Positions 16,030 through 30,246 of a stretch of DNA of 64,000 bases are shown here, piece after piece (position 1 is the first letter of the stretch; every line of letters starts with the position of its first letter). The notes below the pieces were generated by a model. The model was given only the letters and a program-made list of their open reading frames with translations. It ran no database searches and had not been told where the DNA came from. Source of the DNA: Eledone cirrhosa (taxonomy: Eukaryota); assembly GCA_964016885.1 (NCBI GenBank), contig OZ024743.1, positions 322,524,001 through 322,588,000 of the forward strand, in the 5' to 3' direction. The translations under genes were made by a program, and so were the position numbers.

Positions 16030-16937
16030 AAGGGAAAGTGACGAAGTTTTGTTTACATGTTTTTATTGATTATCAACCTGTTACGTACGTTTCACAAATG
16101 ATTGGCAAAGGGTAACATATGGATGTTATGGACCCGACTCCAGCATCGATCTATTCGTCAGCCTCGGTGATTTAACAAAAGTCTGTTATGATATACTCTA
16201 ATTATGAGCTTTAGTGTGCTGAGCGTAATAGATTAAACGATCTAGAAGAAATATCTATAAGAGTTACTCGACCTTATTTGTTGTGTTGATTCATCGGCAT
16301 TATGATTTTATTCAAAATATTCCTCTCTCAGATTCACTCACTTATTGCAGCAGTCCTTCAGTTTTTCTAAGCCCTTTAAAAAGAACTCGGAAGGTTTGGG
16401 CTCCAGCCAGGCCTCTTAAATACCTTTAAAGCCAGCAACTTTTCAACACCTCCTTGTAGAGCTCATTTGGGATTTTTTTCTTGATATGGATTATAGAGGA
16501 AATGTCTCCTCCTCAATAATAGTACCCATGTAATAGTCGAGCCCCATAAATTTAAGCTAAAAAGGAATCTAAAGAGAACGCTTTTAAATGAATTTATATA
16601 TGTATATATATATGTATATATATGTATATATATAAATGTATATATATGTATATATATATATGTATATATATGTATATATATGTATATATATGTATATATA
16701 TGTACATATATGTATATATGTATATATATGTAGGTATGTATTTATCATATATATATATATATATATCAGGTTAACAACACGTCGGACTAGTAGCATATCA
16801 ATGGAAAATTACATCTCGTTTGTCTGAAGAGAACGTGTAAGGTGGTTATTATATAACTACTTAACATATTCGAAATATGTATAACGAACTAGATAATAAA
16901 ATAAAGATGTACGAATAAAACCGTCTCTCTTATTTAT

Positions 16938-17027
<90 letters not shown>

Positions 17028-17028
<1 letters not shown>

Positions 17029-18314
17029 GAGGTGTGTCAGAAAAGTTCCAGGACTGATGTCACAAAAGATTTATTTCAAACCTAAACTTCACACTAAGAG
17101 TTTTCGCCTTCAAAGTAATCCCCATGGAGTCTAATGCACTTTTCCATCCTTTTCTGCCATGCTTGCATGCACTCCTGGAAGGATTCTTCCGGGATCCTCC
17201 GCAGTTCTGTCGTCACGGCCTTTTTGATGTCGTCCACGTATTCAAAACGGGTCCCCTTGATGACCCCTTGAGCCTGGGGAATAGGAAAAAATCACACGGA
17301 GCCAGGTCGGGGGAGTAGAGAGGTTGCTCCAGCCCGGCGATGTTCTTCTCGGCCAGGAACTGTCGGATGCTCAGGGATTGTGAGCAGGTGCGTTGTCATG
17401 GTGAAACCGACACGAGTTGTCCTGCCACAACTCTCGCCTCTTCTCACGCACTGAACGAAGCAAACGCTGCAGTATCCCTTTGTAGACATGTTGGTTGATC
17501 GTCTGGCCCTCTGGCAAGAACTCGCAGTGGACGATCCCCCTCACATCGAAGAATGTGATCAACATGACCTTGACTTTGGACTTCGACTGTCGGGCTTTCT
17601 TCGGCCTTGGCGACGACGGACTCCTCCACTGAAGGCTCTGGCGTTTGGTTTCCGGGTCGTACTCGAAAATCCATGACTCATCACCGGTGATGACTGTCCC
17701 CAGCAAGTCTGATTCGGTTTCAAGACGCTCGAAGATGTCCTGACACACTTGCATGCGTCGACCCTTCTGGTCATCGTTCAGCAGTTTTGGCACCATCTTC
17801 GCGCAGACTTCCCGCGTGTCCAAATCTTCAGTGAGAATCTTCCAGACGCTGTCCCAATTCATGCCCAGCTCATTTGCCATCAGTCGAACAGTCAGCCGAC
17901 GATCGCTACGTACCATCTGCCTGACGCGCTCAACGTTGACCTCAGTCCTGGTTGTTGAGGGCCTTCCACTCCTGGGGTCATCTTCCACGTCCTCGCGTCC
18001 TTCTTTAAACCTCTTGCACCACTCAAAAACACGTAAGCGTTACATCGTATCATCTCCATACACTTGCTGCAGCAATCCCAGTGCTTATGACGGAGTTTTC
18101 CCCAACCGTTCGTTGCTCTGTGCTCATTGCTTGACGACCTGAAACAGAGGACATGTATATAAAATTATGAAGAAAAACGTTTGATCGCTACTGAGAGCTA
18201 AGATTACAGTTACATACTCCAGGGGGATTACTTTGAAGGAGAAAACTCTTAGTGTGAAGTTTGGGTTTGAAATAAATCTTTTGTGACATCAGTCCTGGAA
18301 CTTTTCTGACACAC

Positions 18315-18318
<4 letters not shown>
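17028..18318 (-). mobile_element. Mariner (D,D34D) transposon, frameshifted
   Basis: TIRs cgaggtgtgtcagaaaagttcc in (TA)n; motifs RSGRP, MVPKLL, TGDESW, HHDNAP, YSPDLAPCDF. Confidence 0.92.
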
Positions 18319-18385
<67 letters not shown>

Positions 18386-18660
18386 GTATAGAGAGAGAGG
18401 GGGAGAGATATGTATGTGTGTCTATATATATGTATAGATATGTATTTGTATATATATATATATATTTTATATATATGTGTATATGTAGATATGTATATAT
18501 ATATATACATATATATGTATATAGATATGTATATATATATATATATACATATATATGTATATATAGCGGCGATGAATTAGTTTTGCGAGGTTTTTTATAT
18601 GAAATCGTATGAGTGTGTTGTTATTAATTCTGGCAATATTACACAAATATGACCCTCCCC

Positions 18661-18727
<67 letters not shown>

Positions 18728-18744
18728 ATAGATATGTATATATA

Positions 18745-18836
<92 letters not shown>

Positions 18837-18889
18837 CTATATACACATACATATATGTATATATGTTTGTGCGTGTGTGTGGATATGCA

Positions 18890-18957
<68 letters not shown>

Positions 18958-19278
18958 TTGATCTTTCCTCTTTTGGTTATTTAACATTCTCCCTTCTCAT
19001 TCCCGGTTAAAAAAGAATTTTTTTTTTCGTCTGCACCTTCCGCAATTGGTACATATTTGTCTGTCATTCCAAGCCCCTGTGTATAACTTCCGGTTGGTTA
19101 CGAAAGCAATTCTACGTTTTACATCCGTCAGCTTAACACGCCAACTGTCATTAATTTTGACTATTTCCTATAACTTTCCGTCCTAGCTTATGAGTAATAA
19201 TGGTACAGTCTCTCTCTTCATTTTATTCTATTTCATTCTGTTCTCCACACTTCTCTCTTGCTCTCTTTGAAAGAGAGA

Positions 19279-19352
<74 letters not shown>

Positions 19353-19536
19353 GACGTAAATAAGAAAGTTATGAAAATTGACTTAAATACACATATATAT
19401 ATATATATACACACATATATATACACACACATATATATATATATATATATACATATATATATACATATATATAAATATATACATTTATACATACATATAT
19501 ACATACATATATACATACATATATACATTCATACAA

Positions 19537-19683
<147 letters not shown>

Positions 19684-19873
19684 TTTACACACGTACATGC
19701 AAATATGCGATGTGTTTCTGTCGTTTTCGTTTACAAGATTTCACTCACAGTCAAGTAGAAGACAATTGCCCAAGGTCCCACGCATTGGGACTGAAGCCGA
19801 GATGACGTGGTTGCGGAATGAACTGCTTGACCACACTGCCATGGCTGCGACTATGTATATGTCTGTACGTGTG

Positions 19874-19923
<50 letters not shown>

Positions 19924-20598
19924 CTTGTCTCTCTTTCTCCGCCCAATTCTTTTTATCCCAATAACTTATTTTAGTTATTGTTGGCCTAGCCTGAGGTATC
20001 TGGTCTTTAATGCGAAGAAATACCTATGATGGCTAGTAGACCACTGATGATGGCTAGTAGACCACTGATGACGGATAGTCCTGGCTTCTATTTCTAATTC
20101 TTCATTTTAATTTATATATATATATATATATATATGCAAAATAAACTGAAAACAACGCAACAAAACAATACAGTACGGTGAATATATATATAATTCTTTG
20201 CTTCTAGATATAGTAGGAAAAGAGCCTTAATCTTTCGGATATTAGTCCTTCATCCGAATATACAATGGTAAGTAAAAGAATAGAACGATAGAGGAGAGTG
20301 AGAAGAGGAAGAAACGGAAAAACCATTGGGTTTGTTTATTTGTTGTTTTGTTTTTTTTTCGAAAAAACACATGTGTTCAGTCATACATATATTCTTTATT
20401 AAGGGCTCGTCTTCTTTTTCTGCATATATATATATATATATATATTGTTATACATTGGGAGGGTCATGTTGCCAATAAGAAACACACGCACCAGTTGCTT
20501 TCACTTCAATTTATTATAATAAATTTATAATAAATTTATAAATTTATAAATTTCTGGTTGGTTGGTTGGTTCCACAACCAGATAGTTGTTTATATATT

Positions 20599-20641
20599 GT
20601 CATAGTTCTTTCGTCACACACTCTGTGACCTCTTCAGTGAC
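20599..20641 (-). ncRNA. Minimal type I hammerhead motif, Naiad-like pLTR
   Basis: gtca-CUGAAGA-g-gucaca/ugugac-GAAA-gaac-UA-ugac. Confidence 0.75.
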
Positions 20642-20931
20642 TGGGGATTCCTTTCTTTGTTTTTGTGCCTCTCCTTTGTTCTGTCCTACGCCATTTTGTT
20701 TCTGTGTGTGTGTTGTGTGCTCAGTCTGCGCATGCGCCACATCCGGGTGTCTGTGTGTGTTTATGTTCATTTATTTATTTGTTTATTTACATGTTACTGG
20801 TTGGTTGTTTGTTCTATGTGTGTGTTTTCATTTTGTCCTGTGTGTGTTTTCATTTTGTCCTTAATTGTAAGTTGTTTGTTCTATGTGTGTGTGTGTTTTC
20901 ATTTTGTCCTGTGTGTGTTTTCATTTTGTCC

Positions 20932-22682
20932 TTAATTGTAAGTTGTGATGTTGCTGTTCCACTCATATTTTCTATTTAATTTTGGTTGTAATTCTTTTAT
21001 GCTTACTGCCTCTGTAATTTGCCTAAACATTGCATCTTTTCTGTGTGTGGATTCTATTTTTATTTCTATGTTCTCTAATCTACCCCTGTGTTCTATCTTA
21101 GCATGTTGGTAGAGCACAGATAATTCTTTATTATCTTAAAGGTCTCGCCAGTGTTCATTTATTCGTTCCCCTATACTACGAGCTGTCTCACCTATGTACA
21201 CTATATTTTTGTTTCTACATTGTCCTTCAGTACATCTTATGCTATACACTACATTTCTAGTTTTACAGTTAATATGGGGGCTTATTTTACAGGTTATACA
21301 TTTCTTATCTATACATGAGGGTCTTTGAAAAGGGTATGTCTTGCTAATAAGTGTTTTTACGGAGGTACCTGGTCTTTCTACTATCTTAATATTGAGTTTA
21401 TGTTTATCTAGGGCCCTTCTAAATTTGTAAGCTAATTCACCTCTAGGGGTTGTATCGATGAACATTACACTCTGGTATTTATTGCTATCATACCATGAGT
21501 TTATTCTATTAGCCTTGTTCCTAGTTCTTTCTATTCTATTCCAAAATTTGCTCCTATACAAGGGGCAGGTCCCATTTATGTCATTATTTACCATTTTTTC
21601 CCATTTGGTTCTGGCTCCTCTATACACTCTGATTTTATCTCTCTGATTGTAGCCAGAGAACTGCATACGGTGGATGAAGTGTTGTATGTGTCTCTCTAGT
21701 TCTTCGGGGTTGCACATGCGGGACACGTTTCTCATCACCCGTACCAAATCCGCAATCAGTATGTTGATTTTGGTATGGTCCGAAACGGCCGAGTTTCGGT
21801 GGATCAGATGTTTGGAAGTCATGGGTTTGGCATAATGGGAATGGAGGATTTGTTTTTTGTTATTAATGGTATCTAACCAGAGCTCTGTGTCTAGTACAGG
21901 TAATCGATGGTTGGGGTGTTTACTTGGGTAGTCTATAGTAACTCTAATGCTCTGGTGGATGGAGTTAGCTATTTGCTGGATACTTTCCATTGTGTTTTTC
22001 TCTAGTTCCTGACTGTTCTCTAGTGGGGGTGTCTTAACTACGATGTTTATATCATCAACGTAGCGGGAGTACATTATCAGGGTTAAGGGGTCTTCTACTA
22101 ATTGTTCTTTAAGTTTAAGTTTAAGTCTACTGTCCCACCATACCATGAATAAGTTAGCTATGTCGCCTGCAATGCTAACACCAATGACTGCTCCTTCCTC
22201 TTGGGCATATGTTTTTCCATTAAATTTGAACATATGTTCCTTAAGGGTTAGTTTTATGCTGGCCCCTACCGCATGTGCAATCATTTTCTTCAGTTCATCG
22301 TGGTTTTCGGGTGTCCGTATGGCTCTGGTCCACCCGTTCCATCTATCTGTGTGGGTTTTCTTGGCCATTGAGGTAATGGTGGGTGGTCTGCCTCTCGCTG
22401 GTCTTGTAGGGCACAGGTTGCTAAGGTCATATGTGTCTAGGTAATTATTACTATAGGTAAGTTTAAGTAGGAGTCCCAGCTCACTGGTATCAATCCCACG
22501 GAACTCAACATTGCTCTCAGTGATCATTTCTACGCATTTCTCCACAGCAAAATCCACGTCAATAGATGGATACAGGGACACAACATCCATACTACCTATT
22601 ATGCAGTTTGTTAGGTCCCTAGATCGGTTACTCTCGCCGATTCCGCTGAGGAGGTCCTCCGTGCTGTCACATACATCTGGGA
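20932..22682 (-). pseudogene. Naiad-like RT-GIY-YIG ORF with one in-frame TAA at 21136-21138
   Basis: After EHWRDL-TAA the same frame continues DNKELSVLYQHAKIEH...RQITEAVSI...LNRKYEW, completing the GIY-YIG domain. Confidence 0.85.
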
Positions 22683-22849
22683 ACAATGACGTGCTGGCGT
22701 TGTATGGGCTTCGAAAAGACCATAAAACGGGCAGTGACCCTGTCGCGGGACCACCAACACGGCCAGTCTGTGGAGCTAACATTGCTAGTAACTACAGACT
22801 GTCCTACTTCCTCTCCCTGATCATACGCCCCATCATTGAAATGTCCCCA

Positions 22850-22892
22850 GTCACTGAAGAGGTCACAGAGTGTGTGACGAAAGAACTATGAC
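22850..22892 (+). ncRNA. Minimal type I hammerhead motif, inverted pLTR copy
   Basis: Same sequence as 20599-20641 on the opposite strand. Confidence 0.75.
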
Positions 22893-23666
22893 AATATATA
22901 AACAACTATCTGGTTGTGGAACCAACCAACCAACCAGAAATTTATAAATTTATAAATTTATTATAAATTTATTATAATAAATTGAAGTGAAAGCAACTGG
23001 TGCGTGTGTTTCTTATTGGCAACATGACCCTCCCAAAGTATAACAATATCGGTTTCAACACACGATTTCAGATAAAGAATCTTGCTAAACAAATTCAGAA
23101 ACGAAATATATATATATATATATATATAAATCGAAAAAATGAAATTTCATTTACGACTGATACTTAAATATAAGTATGTATACGTACATACATATATGTA
23201 TACAGACGTACAGAAGTATGTATATACATACATACATGCACACATATATATATGTACGTATGGGTTTACCGAACATTATGTTCGGTTTGAACACTGTACG
23301 GCTTAATTCGGGCTGTTTGTTTACAAACAAACCGAATATTGTCCCAGCTATATGCATGTAGATGCAGTCACTGCGTGTGCAGAGCCTCTGGCATAATGAA
23401 TAACAGCATATTTTGTGGTTACGTGTTTGTGCTGTGGGATGCTCATGTAGCTTCATAGATTTTGATAGATTTTTCGTAGTAAGTTTATATGGATATGTAT
23501 ATATATATATATATATATATACAAAATTCATAGCGATAAATGTATATATTTAGACATATATATTTAGACATATTTATACATAGTCACAGATACATATATG
23601 AGTGTGGCTACCTTTCACAGTGTGAATCAATGAAAAATTTATTATGTAATAATTCTTCAAACTTAC

Positions 23667-23757
<91 letters not shown>

Positions 23758-24278
23758 TTCATATCCAAATATATATTTACCTAGACTGCGATTCTGTTTT
23801 TTTCTCTCTCTCTCTCTTACTGCTCCCTCATTCTCTCTGTTTCTCCTACTTTCTTTCGCCCCCTCTGTCATGTCAGTTAACTCTTCCTAACACTTCCACT
23901 CACTCACTCACTGTTTCTCCTCTCCTCACTTCATTCCGTTCGCGACGAAAGCAATTTCTCTCTTTCTCACATTGCATTCGTTCGCGAAAGGTCTTTTTTC
24001 TAAGCGCTCATATATTCACCTAGCTTATGCTAACAGAATAACTATGAAGCTTGTTTCCTTCCTTCTACGGTTAGCTCTACTCTTTGTTGTTATCTTGTCT
24101 CACTCCCTTTACGCGTTTTAATTGTCCTAATAACTTAATTTAGTTATTATTGCACCGACGTGAGGTATATGATTTTTAATGCAATGAAATATCTATGATC
24201 GTCGGCAAATCACTGATGAGGGACTTATTTTATTACATGTTATCCATGTGCTACCGGCAGTATTTTTCTCCCCATTTT

Positions 24279-24400
<122 letters not shown>

Positions 24401-24480
24401 ACCTAATACAACTGTGTACAATTGCCCCTGCGTTTAGTTTGTTCTTTTCAACTATGTATATATATATATGCATATATATT

Positions 24481-24610
24481 AATAAAAGGAATTCCAACTT
24501 TATCTGATTAACTCGTTTTATTTACAATCCTTTAAAATTATAATGATATTATAATGAAATAGAATGGTAGAATATTAAATGTTAATTGAACATGTACTTT
24601 CATGCTTTCA
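24481..24610 (-). mobile_element. Diverged solo 3' end of the Neptune-like pLTR
   Basis: Similar to 57508-57648; truncated inside HHR stem II; in (TA)n. Confidence 0.75.
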
Positions 24611-24721
24611 TATATATGTGGGTATATATATATATATATCGATATATATATATATATATCCATATATATATATCGATATATATATATGGATACATATATA
24701 TATATATTCATATATTTATAT

Positions 24722-25396
24722 AAAAAAGAAAATTTTCGCTCGACATGGCTGAATACAATAAATGTAATCTGAGTTTTTCGAATATTAATAATTGTTTCTA
24801 ATTTAGGCACAACATTCGATTCGTTTGCAATTATGCAAACAAGCCTCAATTTTATAGCCATGTCACAAGAGGAAGAATGAAGGGTTCATTCTATTGACAT
24901 TGAGGCTTGTTTGCATAATTGCAAACGAATCAAATGTTATTATTGATAATCGAAAAACTCAGATTACATTTATTGTATTCAGCCATGTAGAGCGAAAATT
25001 TTCTTTTTTATTTGAATTTGGCAAAGCCGGCCATTTATCGCTCGTATACAGGAAACTGACTGGCCAGTCGGCTGATTTGCAAATCTGGTTGATGAGTGGA
25101 TCTGCTAATATGCAGATCTGACTGATCAGCCAGTCTGCTAATATACAAATCAGGCCGATCAGTCACTGTGTATTTTTGAAAATAGCATATATTTTCACAG
25201 GCTTGACAGTTTGGCAGGTGAACAGTGAGCTGTACTGATGAAGGGTGATACCTAGAAACATTAGTGTCTGCAGTTCTGTTAACATGCCAACACAAGAGCA
25301 AGAATGAAGGGTTCATTCTACTGACATGGATATAAAATTGAGGCTTGTTTGCATAATTGCAAACGAATCGAATGTTATTATTAATAATCGAAAACC
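24722..25396 (+). mobile_element. Non-coding HHR-containing repeat with pLTR-like inverted plus partial-tandem structure
   Basis: 24867-24958 recurs at ~25293-25396, and an inverted copy lies at ~24722-24865; flanked by TA-rich microsatellite. Confidence 0.65.
25228..25275 (+). ncRNA. Type I hammerhead motif with GUC cleavage site
   Basis: agcugua-CUGAUGA-agg/ccu-a-GAAA-cau/gug-UC-ugcaguu. Confidence 0.8.
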
Positions 25397-25458
25397 ACAT
25401 ATATTTATACATATATATATATGTATACATATATATATATTCATATATATTTATATAT

Positions 25459-25513
<55 letters not shown>

Positions 25514-26235
25514 CATACATAGAAATATATACACACATACATATATACATATATATAAATATATATACACATATATATACATATATATACACATATATAT
25601 ATACATATATTTACACACATATATATATGTACATACTTATATACATATATATATATACATATATATACATACACATACGTATATATACACGTATACATAC
25701 ATATACAATCACACATATATATATATACACACATACATATATACACATACATACATATACATACATACAATACATACATTCATACATGCATACATGCATA
25801 CATGCATACATACATACATACATACATACATACATACATACATACATACATACATACATACATACATACATACATACATACAAACAAACAAATATTCAAA
25901 ATAAGATTTGAAACTCTAGAATTATGGGAAATTGGAACTAAAAAGAACATATAGTATTCATTACATTTTCCGTTTGGTTTCTCTAGAAATTGAGGGCATT
26001 GCAGATATGAATCAAAACGAGGCAATATGTTTCATTCAATTAAGAATTGGTACATAATAAGAATGGTTTTACATGAAGCGTGACGCCCTCATAATTATGG
26101 ATGAAATGATTCTAAGATGGCTAAATTGTTTTGAGTACGCATTGAAATATGAACGAGAATTTTTAAGTAGATCAGATTCTTGCCTCGATGTGCTACCGAT
26201 AAGGAATAGCTATGGCGTAAGCATATCATACATTC

Positions 26236-26795
<560 letters not shown>

Positions 26796-27058
26796 ATATC
26801 TACATACATGTATACAAACATCCTTACATACCTACATCTATACATACGTAAGTACGTACATAGATACATACAAACTCATACATACACTCATAACTACATA
26901 TATACATAACTGCATACATACATAACTGCATATATACATAACTACATATACACATAACTACATATGCGTGTGTTACTACGATACACACACATACACACAT
27001 ATATATATATATGTATGTGATTATATATATATATTTATATATATATATATACACACAA

Positions 27059-27105
<47 letters not shown>

Positions 27106-27141
27106 CAAATATATATATATATATATATATTTGTATATTTG

Positions 27142-27177
<36 letters not shown>

Positions 27178-27277
27178 TATATACAACTATATATATATAT
27201 CAATGGTATTAAAAAATGGAAACTATATTTATAAAACTATATTTATTCTATTAATACCGTATATATATATATATATA

Positions 27278-28163
27278 TGAGGTGTGTCAGAAAAGTTCCA
27301 GGACTGATGTCACAAAAGATTTATTTCAAACCCAAACTTCACACTTCTCTTACTCCTTCAAAGTAATCCCCCTGGAGTATGTAACTGTAATCTTAGCAGC
27401 GATCAAACTTTTTTCTTCAGAATTATATATACATGTCCTATGCTTCAGGTCGTCAAGCAATGAGCACAGAGCAACGAACAAACTTGAAAACTCCGTCATA
27501 AGCACTGGGATTGCTGCAGCAAGTGTATGGAGATAAGACGATGTCATGCTCACGTGTTATTGAATGGTGCAAGAGGTTTAAAAAAGGACGCGAGAACGTG
27601 GAAGATGCCCTTAGGAGCAGAAGGCTCTCAACAACCAGGACTGAAGTCAACGTTGAGCGCGTCAGGCAGATGGTGCGTAGCGATCGTCAGCTGACTGTTC
27701 GACTGATGGCAAATGAGTTGGGCATGAATCGGGACAGCGTCTGGAAGATTCTCACTGAAGATTTGGACATGCGGAAAGTCTGCGCGAAGATAGTGCCAAA
27801 ACTGCTGAACGATGACCAGAAGGGTCGACGCATGCAAGTGTGCCAGGACATCCTCGAGCGTCTTGAAACCGAACCAGACTTGCTAGGGACAGTCATCACC
27901 GGTGATGAGTCATGGATCTTCGAGTAAGACCCGGAGAGGACCCGTTTTGAAGACGTGGACGACATCAAAAAGGCCGTGACGACGGAACTGCGGAGGATCC
28001 CGGAAGAATCCTTCCAGGAGTGCATACAAGCGTTGTAAAAAATGATGGAAAAGTGCATTAGACTCCAAGGGGATTACTTTGAAGCAGAAAACTCTTAGTG
28101 TGAAGTTTGGGTTTGAAATAAATCTTTTGTGACATCAGTCCCGGAACTTTTCTGACCCACCTC

Positions 28164-28164
<1 letters not shown>
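27278..28164 (+). mobile_element. Internally deleted mariner, same family as 17028-18318
   Basis: Same TIRs; the transposase jumps from WIFE* to TRFEDVDDIKKAV. Confidence 0.9.
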
Positions 28165-28223
<59 letters not shown>

Positions 28224-28534
28224 AATTAGTATACCTCGATGTCACGTGATTGATTGTTTTGAATTTGCCACCGACGCAGTAGGCAGTGATTTTTTCAATG
28301 GCTTGGAACTTAGTCCACGCTTTGCTTTTTTCCATCCACTGAATTATTTTTGTATAAGTTCCCTGTGTCCACGTATTGCCTGGAAACTTAGCCGAGAATA
28401 GACTTCCCTGATGACGAAAGGCTTCTCCGTACGTTTCTTCGGAAACTACGTTTATTCCCTTTCAGAAACTAATTAGTTGGAGTGAAATTTTAGTAAGTAA
28501 GTTAATTTTTATAATTTTCTTATTTTACGTATCT

Positions 28535-28580
<46 letters not shown>

Positions 28581-28901
28581 AATATATATATATATATGGT
28601 AAATGTCTTTAAGTCGTTTGGAAGCCTCGACAATGCAGATGGGTAAATCTCTGGGTAACAAGATCCGGTAGGGGAGAGAGAGATGTAAGTGGTGTACGTT
28701 GAGATGCGTGGCGTGTATAAGACGTGTAGAGGAATGAAGGAAAGAGCGTAAAGGATAAAAATTAAAATAACAACACGAGAGAGAGAGTTACCTTGGGAGA
28801 GATTTAATTGTCCCTATATATTTCGGATTCACATCCATCAACTGGATATATATAATATGGAATACTGTTGGCTTCTTGCTACAATAATTTCTATACTTTT
28901 C

Positions 28902-28982
<81 letters not shown>

Positions 28983-29530
28983 AATATATATATATATATT
29001 ATATATATATATATTTGTATATATATATATATATTATTCAGAATATTAATAAATGAATACATTCACATAATCAAAATATATGTTTTATTATATATATTTC
29101 GAGAGGTACTGTGTTGTTTTTTCAGTACGTCCACGTCAGATAAAATACATAAATTGATGTATGACATACCTCAACAGTCTTGCTGGTTCAATTCCAATAT
29201 ATATATATAGTAATAATAAAAAGTGTGAAGGCTAAAATCCAAAGAGGGCTCGATAAGTATAAATAAATATTCATAATCATAATTATTTATATATATATAT
29301 ATATATATATATCACAGAAGAAACGGAGAATCAGTGGTGCGACGAATTAGAATTTATTAGACATATTACAATGATTTCTCTGGCGAACAGCTCGAAGCAC
29401 GATCGATGCGATGATCGGAGCTGACTCTGAAATTGCAAGTTCATATACGTCTCAATCCCTCAAAGTAGAGTTTCCATTTGGAAACTCTACTTTGAGGGAT
29501 TGAGACGTATATGAAGAACTTGTGATTATG

Positions 29531-30199
29531 CCGCTCATATCGAATTTTGTTTATCGTGAACTCGTGCGCCGATTTTTCGATACTCGATTATTCTACTATA
29601 TTTAGCTCTAGACCTAGCTATTGACCAGTTAATTTTATTGATCATTTTTTGTCGATTCTATTAAATGATGAATAGCTCCTGTTTATTTTAACATGTCTAT
29701 TGAGCACTCTTATTCGATATGTGTATTTCCACATTTTCCCGAATATTTTTCGCGGATGTAGAGGTTATCTCCCTTGCCGAATTCCATGTGCGTATTTAGC
29801 TTGGGTTATGCCTTTTCATTCGTTTGGACAAAGCTCGTTGAAGAAGTAAATTTCCTGTCCACTGGTACCTAGAAGTCTTAGATATTTTTATGTGAGCTGA
29901 TAGAGAACAGTTTAAGGATTTACAGAAACCCAAGAAGCTAGATTTAACATCTTCCTAGCGGGTCCGGGTATGCTTTTTACATTCATTTAATTTATTTATT
30001 GATTTTTTATCTGAGTGTCCCGAATCTTCCGGATCGCAAATTTTCGATCGTACGGTTGATTATAGACTTGTTCTATGTGTGACGGTATTTTAACGATAGT
30101 TATAGCTCTGATTTATCTAAATTATGGAGCCCTCTACCGCTCATATCGAATTTTGTTTATCGTGAACTCGTGCGCCGATTTTTTGATACTCGATTATTC

Positions 30200-30205
<6 letters not shown>
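29531..30205 (+). repeat. Non-coding unit bounded by ~70-bp direct repeats, ending in (TA)n
   Basis: ccgctcatatcgaattttg...ctactatat at ~29531-29600 and ~30137-30205. Confidence 0.7.

Positions 30206-30246
<41 letters not shown>

Larger units (their letters stand above)
20445..23108 (-). mobile_element. 5'-truncated Naiad-like Penelope element with inverted pLTR
   Basis: RT (SMDVVSLYPSI, YVDD), thumb (LPVLD), FIDTTPRGEL..KIVERPG..C..C..C and GIY-YIG (VVY..C..C..YIGET). pLTR 20445-20646 recurs inverted at 22845-23050. Confidence 0.85.

Noticed and set aside
21136-21138. Selenocysteine readthrough in the Naiad-like ORF
   Set aside because: The in-frame stop is TAA, not TGA, and I see no SECIS in this element's 3' UTR; most likely a nonsense mutation.
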